Below are positions 25,760 to 33,766 of a stretch of DNA of 40,000 nt, piece after piece. Numbering within the stretch: position 1 is the first letter of the stretch; each line of letters opens with the position of its first letter. The stretch comes from Eubacteriaceae bacterium. GTDB lineage: Bacteria; Bacillota; Clostridia; Eubacteriales; Anaerofustaceae. The notes under the pieces are model-generated. The model had not been told where the DNA came from. It saw only the letters and a list, made by a program, of their open reading frames with translations, and did no database searches. Made by a program: the position numbers and the translations under genes. The stretch lies in contig JAFZLL010000038.1 in the NCBI GenBank assembly GCA_017551505.1, positions 33,443 to 73,442 on the forward strand. Direction: 5' to 3'.

Positions 25760-26794
25760 TCAGTAATACATGTGTGCAAGCTTCTTGCCCTCATCCATGA
25801 TCCAGCCGTTAACCTTTATGACGTCCGGATCCCTGAAGTCCAGAGTCTGGACATGGCCGGAGAAGATGAAGCCTCCGCCTGGAGCCAGCATGTCGAACGC
25901 TTTCTTGACGGATTCCCTGACCTCATCCTCCTTGACATTCGGCCATTCGGGCGGCATCTTGTATTCGTAGCCTCCATTGATGGCGAGCCTTCTGCCCAAG
26001 GTCTCCTTGATCCACGGGAAATCATTTTCCGTCTGAGCGGGATCCCATACCTTAACGCCTATATCGACCATGGGCTTGAGGAAATCCTGGCATTTGCCGC
26101 AGTTGTGATAGAAGACGGGCATGCCTCTGTCGACGGCCAGCTGTAGGGTCTTCTTGTATCTGGGCACGAACATCTCCTCAAATACTTCCGGAGACATGAA
26201 TGGGCACAGCCTTGAAGCAGAGTCATCCAGAATGTAAAGAGCCTGCGGTTTATAGTAATCAAGGATATGCTGGGTCAGATAGATGGCGTTCTCGTTCATG
26301 TAATCTAGCAGCTCGGAGACCTCTTCCGGTTCCTCGTTTATCGCGCAGAGCCCTTCCGTGAATCCCATCATCCCGATGAATTGCTGGAAAAGGTCATTGA
26401 AACCGCTTGCGACGAGCAGCTGGCAGGTAGGATCATAGGGCATTCTCTGGGCAGCTTCCTCTTTGTCCTTGCGGGCTTGCTGCTCCCAGTCAACATCCGA
26501 AAAATCAGGTTTCTTTATGACATCCCTCCATTTGCGGATATCCGTCAGCAGAAAATCATAGGGGGCCGGAATGGCCGCGTAGTTGGTCTCCTTGTTAGTG
26601 ATGTACTTTACTCCCCAGAAATCCGTTCCGCCCTGAGGGCCGCGGAATGTATTTAGAAAGCTGGGTCCTGTCATGGCGGTGAACGGCTTATGGTCTCCTC
26701 CGCCTCCGAAGGGGGAATTTATAGGAACATATTCCGGCATCTCCCCGTTTACGACTCTCAACCAATTCTCAAATGGCGTCAGTTCTTTCGACAT
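25760..26794 (-). CDS. Uroporphyrinogen decarboxylase (URO-D) family protein, MtaA/CmuA-like putative corrinoid-dependent methyltransferase (344 aa)
   Basis: ORF 25760..26851. Preferred start is ATG 26794 (MSKELTPFENWLRVV) after GAGGAG. URO-D-family-like C-terminal half (ALYILDDSASRLCPFMSPEVFEEMFVPRYKKTLQLAVDRGMPVFYHNCGKC...). Assigned by overall resemblance only. Confidence 0.65.
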   Translation of the reverse strand: MSKELTPFENWLRVVNGEMPEYVPINSPFGGGGDHKPFTAMTGPSFLNTFRGPQGGTDFWGVKYITNKETNYAAIPAPYDFLLTDIRKWRDVIKKPDFSDVDWEQQARKDKEEAAQRMPYDPTCQLLVASGFNDLFQQFIGMMGFTEGLCAINEEPEEVSELLDYMNENAIYLTQHILDYYKPQALYILDDSASRLCPFMSPEVFEEMFVPRYKKTLQLAVDRGMPVFYHNCGKCQDFLKPMVDIGVKVWDPAQTENDFPWIKETLGRRLAINGGYEYKMPPEWPNVKEDEVRESVKKAFDMLAPGGGFIFSGHVQTLDFRDPDVIKVNGWIMDEGKKLAHMYY

Positions 26795-27045
26795 CGCTAT
26801 CTCCTCGATATAAATTGTATTATTTACTGTATATATTATAATACAGATCATTTTAAAACTGCTATATGATTTGAAATATTATTCTCCTGTTTGAACTTTA
26901 CAGACCTTCCGGATAAAGCGGGCCGATGTTCTGGATCGGGGAATAGCCTGTCTGAAGGCTCATTATCCCAGCGCCATGCCGAAGCCTTTAATGGAGGACA
27001 ATGCGGAACCGAGATGAGAAGGAATAAAAAGGCCTCCCGTACGGC

Positions 27046-27106
27046 GGTTTGAACTGACCTCCTCCAGTTGGTTTTTTGCTCTAACTTTTCGGGGTCACCT
27101 CAATCC
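27046..27106 (+). repeat. Direct repeat copy A flanking the AAA+ ATPase cassette
   Basis: ggtttgaactgacctcctccagttggttttttgctctaacttttcggggtcacctcaatcc. The 41-nt core 27057-27097 matches 28633-28672 with 3 substitutions and 1 indel. Confidence 0.8.
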
Positions 27107-27148
27107 ACTGCTCCTTTTTTATTTATCAAGAAAGAAATGCATTAGCCA

Positions 27149-27177
27149 TTCAAAAGAAGCATAGGTTGTGATATACT
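27149..27177 (+). promoter_or_regulatory. Putative promoter of the AAA+ ATPase gene
   Basis: TTCAAA (27149-27154), a 17-nt spacer ending in TGa, then TATACT (27172-27177). This is an extended -10 type. Confidence 0.5.
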
Positions 27178-27228
27178 ATCATTGCGTAAAATGTGCAAAT
27201 TGGCATCAAATTCGCATTTGGAGGAAGT

Positions 27229-28482
27229 ATGGAAATTAAACGAGACGATTACCTGAATATGCTGATTGCTAAAAAGGGCAACGGTTTGATAAAGGTGATT
27301 ACCGGGCTCAGAAGGGCAGGTAAATCCTATTTGCTGTTTACGCTTTTTAAGAAGCATTTACTGGAAAGCGGAGTTAAGGAAGATCACATCATTGAGGTGG
27401 AACTGGACAACCGCCTAAATGATGAGCTTAGAAATCCTGACAATATGCTCGCTTACATCAAAGGTATTGTCGAAAAGGATAAGGGGCTTTATTATGTGCT
27501 TCTGGATGAAGTTCAATATATGAGAGAGTTTGAGGATGTACTGAATAGTTTGCTTCACTTTAAGAATGTGGATGTCTATGTTACCGGTAGCAATTCAAAG
27601 TTTTTATCGAAAGATATTATTACCGAGTTTAGAGGAAGAGGAGATGAGATTCACATCTTCCCATTATCCTTTAGGGAATTTATGGGTGCCTATGATGGGG
27701 ATAGATACGAAGGATGGACAGAATACTGTACCTATGGTGGGCTTCCGTATATCATGGCTCTTAAAAGTGAGAAAGAGAAGATCAATTATCTTGAAAAGCT
27801 ATTCGAAGAAATATACCTTATGGATATTATCGAAAGAAATAAAATAGGCAAGACGCAAGAGTTCGAAGATATTCTCAATGTGCTTGCTTCATCCATATCA
27901 TCCCTTACCAACCCACTCCGCATTCAAAATACATTCAAGAGTGAACTTCATTCCGATATCAGCGATCATACTATCAAGCAGTATATTGAATACATGGAAG
28001 AAGCCTTTCTTATCAGCAAGGCACAAAGGTATGATGTCAAGGGAAGAAAATACATAGGAACGCCGCAGAAATACTATTTTGAAGATGTGGGATTAAGAAA
28101 TGCCCGAATCGGTTTCAGGCAAAACGAAGAGAATCACATCATGGAAAACATTATTTACAACGAGCTTAGACTAAGAGGCTATAAAGTCGATGTCGGGGTT
28201 GTAAAAAGCCGTGTAATGGAAAACGGCAAGCGAGAAAACAAACAATATGAAGTTGATTTTGTGGCGAATTTAGGAAGTAAGAGATACTATATTCAGTCGG
28301 CATACCAGATGGGAAATGAAGAGAAAAGAGCACAGGAGGAAGCATCTTTCAGGAATATTGATGACTCTTTCAAAAAGATTTTCATAGTGAAGGATGTCAT
28401 AAAGGTACAACGAGATTATAACGGATACACCACGATGAGCATTTTTGATTTTTTGCTCGATGAAAACAGTCTGGATATTTAA
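27229..28482 (+). CDS. AAA+ ATPase with C-terminal DUF4143 (PD-(D/E)xK-like) domain, COG1373 family (417 aa)
   Basis: ORF 27193..28482. Preferred start is ATG 27229 (MEIKRDDYLNMLI) after GGAGGA. Walker A GLRRAGKSYLL, Walker B YVLLDEVQ. C-terminal nuclease-fold-like EVDFVANLGSKRYYIQSAY. GC is ~38% in a hand-counted sample (27601-27700). Confidence 0.8.
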   Translation: MEIKRDDYLNMLIAKKGNGLIKVITGLRRAGKSYLLFTLFKKHLLESGVKEDHIIEVELDNRLNDELRNPDNMLAYIKGIVEKDKGLYYVLLDEVQYMREFEDVLNSLLHFKNVDVYVTGSNSKFLSKDIITEFRGRGDEIHIFPLSFREFMGAYDGDRYEGWTEYCTYGGLPYIMALKSEKEKINYLEKLFEEIYLMDIIERNKIGKTQEFEDILNVLASSISSLTNPLRIQNTFKSELHSDISDHTIKQYIEYMEEAFLISKAQRYDVKGRKYIGTPQKYYFEDVGLRNARIGFRQNEENHIMENIIYNELRLRGYKVDVGVVKSRVMENGKRENKQYEVDFVANLGSKRYYIQSAYQMGNEEKRAQEEASFRNIDDSFKKIFIVKDVIKVQRDYNGYTTMSIFDFLLDENSLDI

Positions 28483-28621
28483 TAATGGGATTTATCATCC
28501 CCGCCTTTTTGAATGCATTACAGAGCAAATAATCCTCGATTTTCGACCTTTATAGGGATGTTTTTCGAGCCTATATATTTCTCTCCGCAGATGTAGAAAT
28601 AAGGATATAGAAACAGGCATC

Positions 28622-28680
28622 CAACTGAGGTGACCTCCTCCAGTTAGTTTTTTGGTCTAACTTTTTGGGTCAGTTCAACC
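28622..28680 (+). repeat. Direct repeat copy B flanking the AAA+ ATPase cassette
   Basis: caactgaggtgacctcctccagttagttttttggtctaactttttgggtcagttcaacc. See copy A. It contains the hairpin AACTGAGG/CCTcCAGTT followed by AGTTTTTT. Confidence 0.8.
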
Positions 28681-28714
28681 TTCATTGACTGAATGCCTTA
28701 ATTCTTCTGCCAAT

Positions 28715-28752
28715 CCCATAAGAACAGTTATATTTCTAAAACTGTCTTATGG
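28715..28752. repeat. 13-bp imperfect inverted repeat
   Basis: cccataagaacagtt (28715-28729), a 10-nt loop, then aactgtcttatgg (28740-28752). There is one bulged base. Confidence 0.6.
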
Positions 28753-28835
28753 AAAGTCCTCTGTACGGGGCCGTCTTCATCTGCGTCTGCTTCACAGACA
28801 GGCCGCTTCGGTCTATGGATTACAGTGTTTATGTA

Positions 28836-29876
28836 TCAGTCCTTAAGCACTGTAAAGCAGATCAGGGCCGATGAGATGAGAGCTGCAGCTGCGGAAAGTA
28901 TCCCGGCAAGCGGGCCGACGCCGCCGATTATGCCGTATACGATATAAGCAGCATACAGTGCCATCGGGCTGAGACCGAAAGCAAAACCGGAAGTGCCGGG
29001 AGACAGATCGCTGAGCGCAACCAATGTCACGCCCATGGCAAGGTTCAGGCAGAAAACAGACAACAGGCCTAGGGCAGGGACAAAAAACGAGGAAACGGCT
29101 GTAGCAGCGGCAGCAGTCTGACAGATAACCGTGCTCCGCCTTGCCCCATACCTGTCCGCAAGAATCCCGCTGAGCATTTTCCCGGCGGTCACCGCAACAG
29201 ACAGTATGAGCGTTCCTGCAAGTCCCTGCGGGATCTTCACAGGGATCAGATATCCTGCCAGGCCTCGGACAAAGACGGAAATGAGCATTAAAGCAGTGGC
29301 TGCGGCATTGGTGCATTTATCCGAGAGGATCCCGAAAACAGTGACATCGCTTCTTTCAGCGCTGCTGAGCGGGAAAACGAGCATAAGTGCAAGAGGCATC
29401 AGACAGAACAGGAGCAGAAAAGGCAGATCTTCCGCAAGGACCGCGGACCGGTACAGTTTCCCCATATAGCCGCCCAGGCCGACGCCCAGAGCGCCTCCGC
29501 CGACGAATATCCCCCCGGGAGCGATCCTTTTTTCGCCGCGATGAAGACAGACATATCCTCCTTCGATGTGGTACAGGGCATTTCCGAGCCCCATCAGTGC
29601 GACAGCCGGAATTAGCATGCCGGGGGCAAACGAGGAAATGAATCCCAGCGTGATGAGGGCATAAGCCGCTATGCCGCAGGGGACGGACGGGTGTTTATCA
29701 ATGAAAGCACCGGCAAGAGCCTGCAGTCCGAAGGCTGTGCCGTGATAAACGATCACCCAGATAAAACCCTCCATGCTGCTTCCTACAACACGGGAGAACA
29801 GTGTAAAAACGCAGATGAAGTCCGTAGTGAAGTGACACAGTGTATATACAGCGAGCTTAAGGTTCTTATTTGACAT
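28836..29876 (-). CDS. MFS-like polytopic membrane protein (346 aa)
   Basis: ORF track. ~10 hydrophobic spans and an MFS motif-A-like loop GKMLSGILADRYGARR. Substrate unknown. Confidence 0.6.
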   Translation of the reverse strand: MSNKNLKLAVYTLCHFTTDFICVFTLFSRVVGSSMEGFIWVIVYHGTAFGLQALAGAFIDKHPSVPCGIAAYALITLGFISSFAPGMLIPAVALMGLGNALYHIEGGYVCLHRGEKRIAPGGIFVGGGALGVGLGGYMGKLYRSAVLAEDLPFLLLFCLMPLALMLVFPLSSAERSDVTVFGILSDKCTNAAATALMLISVFVRGLAGYLIPVKIPQGLAGTLILSVAVTAGKMLSGILADRYGARRSTVICQTAAAATAVSSFFVPALGLLSVFCLNLAMGVTLVALSDLSPGTSGFAFGLSPMALYAAYIVYGIIGGVGPLAGILSAAAALISSALICFTVLKD

Positions 29877-30192
29877 ACAGCTCTCCCATCACAAAAGAAA
29901 AGGCATTTAAAAGGGCGGAGAATACAAATGCATTCCCCGCCTTCATGCCGCACATTTGTTTATACAAAACAGCTTCGGTGACTACTACCGCCGCTTCCGC
30001 AATGAAGAGCTTGATGGGCGAATATCCGAACACGCCGAAAAGCATCAGATTCATAACGGGATTGGTGAAGGTGTTGATCAGCACATTGTAAACGATCTCA
30101 TCCTTCAGAGGAGAAATACCTCTGAAAAACGGATACAGCAAAGCGCCCAAAGCTCCTTCGAGAACAACCGTCCAGATGAGGGCACGTACCAT
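29866..30192 (-). CDS. Small hydrophobic membrane protein (108 aa), unknown function
   Basis: ORF track. 3-4 TM spans. It overlaps the downstream MFS-like gene by 11 nt (translational coupling). AGAGG lies upstream. Confidence 0.55.
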   Translation of the reverse strand: MVRALIWTVVLEGALGALLYPFFRGISPLKDEIVYNVLINTFTNPVMNLMLFGVFGYSPIKLFIAEAAVVVTEAVLYKQMCGMKAGNAFVFSALLNAFSFVMGELYVK

Positions 30193-30197
30193 GCCTC

Positions 30198-30344
30198 TTA
30201 TCTGTCGCCGTTCTGCTTTTTCTTAAAAATAATGACGCCTATGGCTGAGACCGCAATGACTGCGGCAGCGATCACATAGGGCACCAGGCCCCCAAGGTCC
30301 GGTCTTGAAGCTATATCAGCTAAAATGACGTTTAAAACACTCAT
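30198..30344 (-). CDS. Unlisted 48-aa small membrane-anchored protein (MSVLNVILADIASRPDLGGLVPYVIAAAVIAVSAIGVIIFKKKQNGDR)
   Basis: Hand translation. ATG 30344-30342 is preceded by AAGGAG at 7-nt spacing. TAA stop at 30200-30198, 5 nt before the next gene's start. One C-terminal TM span plus a basic tail. Below the ORF track length cut-off. Confidence 0.5.
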   Translation of the reverse strand: MSVLNVILADIASRPDLGGLVPYVIAAAVIAVSAIGVIIFKKKQNGDR

Positions 30345-30416
30345 CCGATACTCCTTTATCATGATTTATTGCAGCACAGCCGCAAGCTTATGCAGGTGAA
30401 AAGCCTTCCTGAGGAT

Positions 30417-31217
30417 CTATTTCATGAGGGATGTGAGCACGGAAAGGAGTTCTGTACCGTCCACCGCAGAGGTGTCGTTATCGCTGCCGAGGCCGCCCTT
30501 CATAAGGCTTGAGATGACTCCGCCCAGATCGCCCTGCTGTTCCGCCTGTCTGCCGCCGGCTCCGAGGAGGGTTCCGAAGAGATCCATCACACCGCCGACC
30601 TGCGGCTTTGCCTGGGCCTGCTGTCCTCCGCCGAAGAGCTGGCTCATAAGATTCATGCCGACGCTCTGCTGCTGCTGTGCCTGTCCGCCGCCTGCGAGCA
30701 TACCTACTATATCATCGAGCCCGAATACGCCGTCATCTTCCTGCTTTCCTGTTCCGGTAAAGTTCCCCAGCAGGCTGCCGAAATCGATAGCTCCGCCCTG
30801 TTCTTCCTTAACGGTATTTGTGGCTGCCGAGAGTCCTGACAGGAGAGCGGGAGCGATCGTGGAAAGGATGGAGTTGACCTGCTGACCGTTCATACCGCTT
30901 TCCTGAGCGAGGTTTTCAACGACTTCGTTCCTTTCATTGCCTAAGATGTGGTCGATGATCTTGGAACCGTCGGTGTCATCGGCATTCTTTATCTGGTTGG
31001 CGATGGAACCGGTCTCCTTATGCTGTGTGAGAGCGCCTAAAAGGGACTGTGCCCCTTCCTTTGAGGATGCGTTCTTTGTAAGGAACTTGAGGAGAAGAGG
31101 GATGGCTGCCATAAGGAGCAGCGTCATCTGCTTCTGGTTGCTGCCCGTCTTCTTGGTCAGGGCTTCCATGGTTTTTTTGGACATAAAGATCTTTAATAAA
31201 AGGCTTAAAAGATTCAT
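30417..31217 (-). CDS. DUF937-family protein (266 aa)
   Basis: ORF 30417..31256. Preferred start is ATG 31217 (MNLLSLLLKIF) after GGAGG. Gly/Gln-rich repeats and LLGAL...IIDHILG motifs typical of DUF937, from memory of the family. Confidence 0.6.
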   Translation of the reverse strand: MNLLSLLLKIFMSKKTMEALTKKTGSNQKQMTLLLMAAIPLLLKFLTKNASSKEGAQSLLGALTQHKETGSIANQIKNADDTDGSKIIDHILGNERNEVVENLAQESGMNGQQVNSILSTIAPALLSGLSAATNTVKEEQGGAIDFGSLLGNFTGTGKQEDDGVFGLDDIVGMLAGGGQAQQQQSVGMNLMSQLFGGGQQAQAKPQVGGVMDLFGTLLGAGGRQAEQQGDLGGVISSLMKGGLGSDNDTSAVDGTELLSVLTSLMK

Positions 31218-31525
31218 CAAATACCTCCGAGTTTTCTTTTCTAGATTATAATCCAAAATGATTACAGCGTATATACTTTCCGAATAATTATTTGATTAAC
31301 GCATGATTACTCAGGACCGCCCCGCATGTGCCGCACACTGCCCGGAGGCAGCTTTCCGGCAGTTATTCCGCTGCACCGGCCTAAATCCAATGATGCCGCG
31401 GCTGAAACGATCAGACCCAATATATACCCGGCTCGATCCGATTTCTTGCGATCCGCAACGGCCGGGCTTTCATCCTCACTATAGAATCCGCACGGCTTTC
31501 AAATTGAGAACAATTCACAAATTAC

Positions 31526-31568
31526 TTGACAGGACAGGCACGGATGATATAATTGATAATGATTCTCA
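31526..31568 (+). promoter_or_regulatory. Promoter with an abutting Fur-family (Fur/Zur/PerR-type 7-1-7) operator
   Basis: TTGACA (31526-31531), a 16-nt spacer, then TATAAT (31548-31553). This is followed immediately by TGATAATGATTCTCA (31554-31568), a 14/15 match to TGATAATnATTATCA. Confidence 0.7.
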
Positions 31569-31656
31569 TCTTCATTCATGGGAGCATTGATCCCGGTTCG
31601 GAACTGTTATGGTCAGCAGACCGGCTTAACCTATAACAAAAAAAGGAGGAGAGATA

Positions 31657-31971
31657 ATGATGCGTGATCCGAATAAATCCGGGTCTTTTCGTGTCGCAGC
31701 GTGTATCATCGGGCTGATAGTGCTGGCAATAGCCCTGTTTTCCTCCTGCCTTATCCCCGCTGAATCCTGCCACGATTGCAGCGGCGATGGCTGCCCGGTC
31801 TGCATGCGTATCAGGCAGTCTGAAGATTCAATGCGCATTTGGGGCGGATGTACGGCGGAACTGATCGCCTATGTCCTGCCTGTTTTCATTATTATTCTAT
31901 CCGCAGCCTTTTTAAATGCTGCGGCATATCCGCAGACACCCGTCTCCAGGAAAGTCAGACTAAATAACTGA
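31657..31971 (+). CDS. Small two-TM membrane protein with a CHDCSGDGCPVC Cys-rich loop (104 aa)
   Basis: ORF track. Strong RBS AAAGGAGGAG 6-9 nt upstream of ATGATG. TM1 FRVAACIIGLIVLAIALFSSCLI, a loop with CxxC-x4-CxxC, TM2 LIAYVLPVFIIILSAAFL. It is the first gene behind the Fur-family box. Confidence 0.6.
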   Translation: MMRDPNKSGSFRVAACIIGLIVLAIALFSSCLIPAESCHDCSGDGCPVCMRIRQSEDSMRIWGGCTAELIAYVLPVFIIILSAAFLNAAAYPQTPVSRKVRLNN

Positions 31972-32058
31972 ACAGTCTCCTTAAAAGATGGTATGAAATG
32001 AGGATGCCCGTACGTCCTTATTTTTGCGCTTGGGTCCTTACATTTCGGAGAATAGATA

Positions 32059-33045
32059 ATGAGAAAAAAAAATGTCCTGATAATTGTACTTCTGTTCGCA
32101 GCCGCATGCCTGCCGGCCTGCAACCCAACAGGAAACACTCCCGGAGCTGATAGCGGCAGGCTTCAGATCGTAACGACGATTTTCCCAGAATATGACTGGG
32201 TAATGACTATCCTCGGAGATAACCCGGCGGACGCGGAGGTGACGATGCTGCTGGACAGCGGCGTCGATCTCCACAGCTTCCAGCCCGCTGTGGATGATAT
32301 CCTTAAGGTCTCTGCATGCGATATGTTCGTCTACGTAGGCGGAGAATCCGACAGATGGGCAGAGGGCGTCCTGAAGGATGCCGCAAACACGGAAATGATC
32401 ACAATCTGCCTGATGGATGTTCTGGACGACAAGCTGAAGGAAGAGGAACCGGAGGAAAGTATGCATGAGCACGGTCACGGCGGCGATGATGATGAAACGG
32501 ATGCAGCAGGATACGACGAACACGTATGGCTCTCGCTGAAAAACGCAGCGGTCATGGCAGAAAGCATCGCTTATGCTCTTGGAAAGATCGATCCGGGCCA
32601 TGCGGATCTCTACAGGGCAAACTCCTCAGCCTATGTTGAGAAACTGCTTTCCCTTGACGCACAGTATCAGGCGGCGGTCTCCGGCGCTTCCGTGAAAACG
32701 CTTGTCTTCGGGGACCGTTTCCCCTTCCGTTATCTGGCAGACGACTACGGGCTGAGCTATTATGCAGCTTTTGCCGGCTGTTCGGCCGAATCCGAGGCCA
32801 GCTTCGAGACCATAACATTCCTTGCCGGAAAAGTGGACGAGCTGTCGCTCCACGCTGTATTGACGATCGAAGGGAGTGATCATAGGATTGCGGAGACGAT
32901 AGTCCGGAACACGGCCCGCAAGGATCAGAAGATCCTGACGATGGATTCCATGCAGGCCGCGACGGCAGATGATGCCCAAAACGGCGCGACGTATCTGTCT
33001 ATCATGGAAAAAAACCTGTCCGTCCTTATGGACGCATTGAAATAG
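32059..33045 (+). CDS. znuA: ZnuA/AdcA-type (cluster A-I) metal ABC substrate-binding lipoprotein with a His/Asp-rich loop (328 aa)
   Basis: Lipobox LLFAAACLPAC|NP. LQIVTTIFPEYDW. Acidic/His-rich loop EEEPEESMHEHGHGGDDDETD followed by DEHVWLS. Confidence 0.85.
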   Translation: MRKKNVLIIVLLFAAACLPACNPTGNTPGADSGRLQIVTTIFPEYDWVMTILGDNPADAEVTMLLDSGVDLHSFQPAVDDILKVSACDMFVYVGGESDRWAEGVLKDAANTEMITICLMDVLDDKLKEEEPEESMHEHGHGGDDDETDAAGYDEHVWLSLKNAAVMAESIAYALGKIDPGHADLYRANSSAYVEKLLSLDAQYQAAVSGASVKTLVFGDRFPFRYLADDYGLSYYAAFAGCSAESEASFETITFLAGKVDELSLHAVLTIEGSDHRIAETIVRNTARKDQKILTMDSMQAATADDAQNGATYLSIMEKNLSVLMDALK

Positions 33046-33055
33046 GAGGCAAAGG

Positions 33056-33766
33056 ATGGCTTTGATCACAGTCCGCGATCTGTCCGTCGGATACGACGGG
33101 CATGCCGTCGCGGAAGGCCTGAATTTTTCGGTCAATCAGGGAGATTATCTGTGCATCGTCGGAGAGAACGGATCCGGGAAGACCACGCTCATGAGGACTT
33201 TGCTCCGCCTTCAGGAGCCTCTTTCAGGCCGGGTGCTGACCGGCGACGGGCTCAGGAAGAATGAGATCGGATATCTGCCGCAGCAGACCGTTCTCCAGAA
33301 GGACTTCCCGGCATCGGTCAGGGAGATCGTCATGTCCGGGTTCCAGGGGCGCTGTACACTCAGACCCTTCTACAGCAAAGAAGAAAGACGGCTTGCCTTA
33401 GGCAACCTTCGGAAGATGGGAATAGAAGGCCTTGCAGACCGATGCTACCGCGAACTTTCAGGAGGTCAGCAGCAGCGTGTACTTCTCGCAAGGGCTTTAT
33501 GTGCGGCCGGCAGAGTCCTGCTGCTTGACGAACCGGTCTCCGGACTCGATCCGAAGGTGTCGGCGGAAATGTACGGCCTTATATCCGGATTGAATCGGGA
33601 CGGCATCACAGTCATCATGGTCAGCCACGATATCCAGGCTGCCGTCACGCATGCCAGCCATATACTCCAGCTTGGGAAAGACTCTTTCTACGGGACCAGG
33701 GACGAATACCTGGAAAGCCCGACGGGAAAGCATTTCCTCGAGCATAAGGAAGAAGGTGAGGCATGA
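33056..33766 (+). CDS. znuC: ZnuC-type metal ABC transporter ATP-binding protein (236 aa)
   Basis: Walker A GENGSGKTT, signature LSGGQQQR, Walker B LLLDEPVSGLD. Confidence 0.9.
   Translation: MALITVRDLSVGYDGHAVAEGLNFSVNQGDYLCIVGENGSGKTTLMRTLLRLQEPLSGRVLTGDGLRKNEIGYLPQQTVLQKDFPASVREIVMSGFQGRCTLRPFYSKEERRLALGNLRKMGIEGLADRCYRELSGGQQQRVLLARALCAAGRVLLLDEPVSGLDPKVSAEMYGLISGLNRDGITVIMVSHDIQAAVTHASHILQLGKDSFYGTRDEYLESPTGKHFLEHKEEGEA

Noticed and set aside
27046-28680. Interpreting the cassette-flanking repeats as integron attC sites
   Set aside because: Copy B contains GTCTAAC (which fits RYYYAAC), and its complement is GTTAGAC (which fits GTTRRRY). But copy A reads CTCTAAC, there is no matching outer R' site at the expected position, only one cassette is present, and no intI or attI lies nearby. 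The fit is too loose.
31303-31590. 95-aa + strand ORF in the DUF937/znu intergenic region
   Set aside because: It has no RBS, its translation is Pro/Arg-rich, and it runs across the TTGACA/TATAAT promoter and the Fur-family box. The ~200-nt GC-richer stretch (31310-31500) remains unexplained. It might be a decayed gene fragment, but I see no readable protein or RNA motif.
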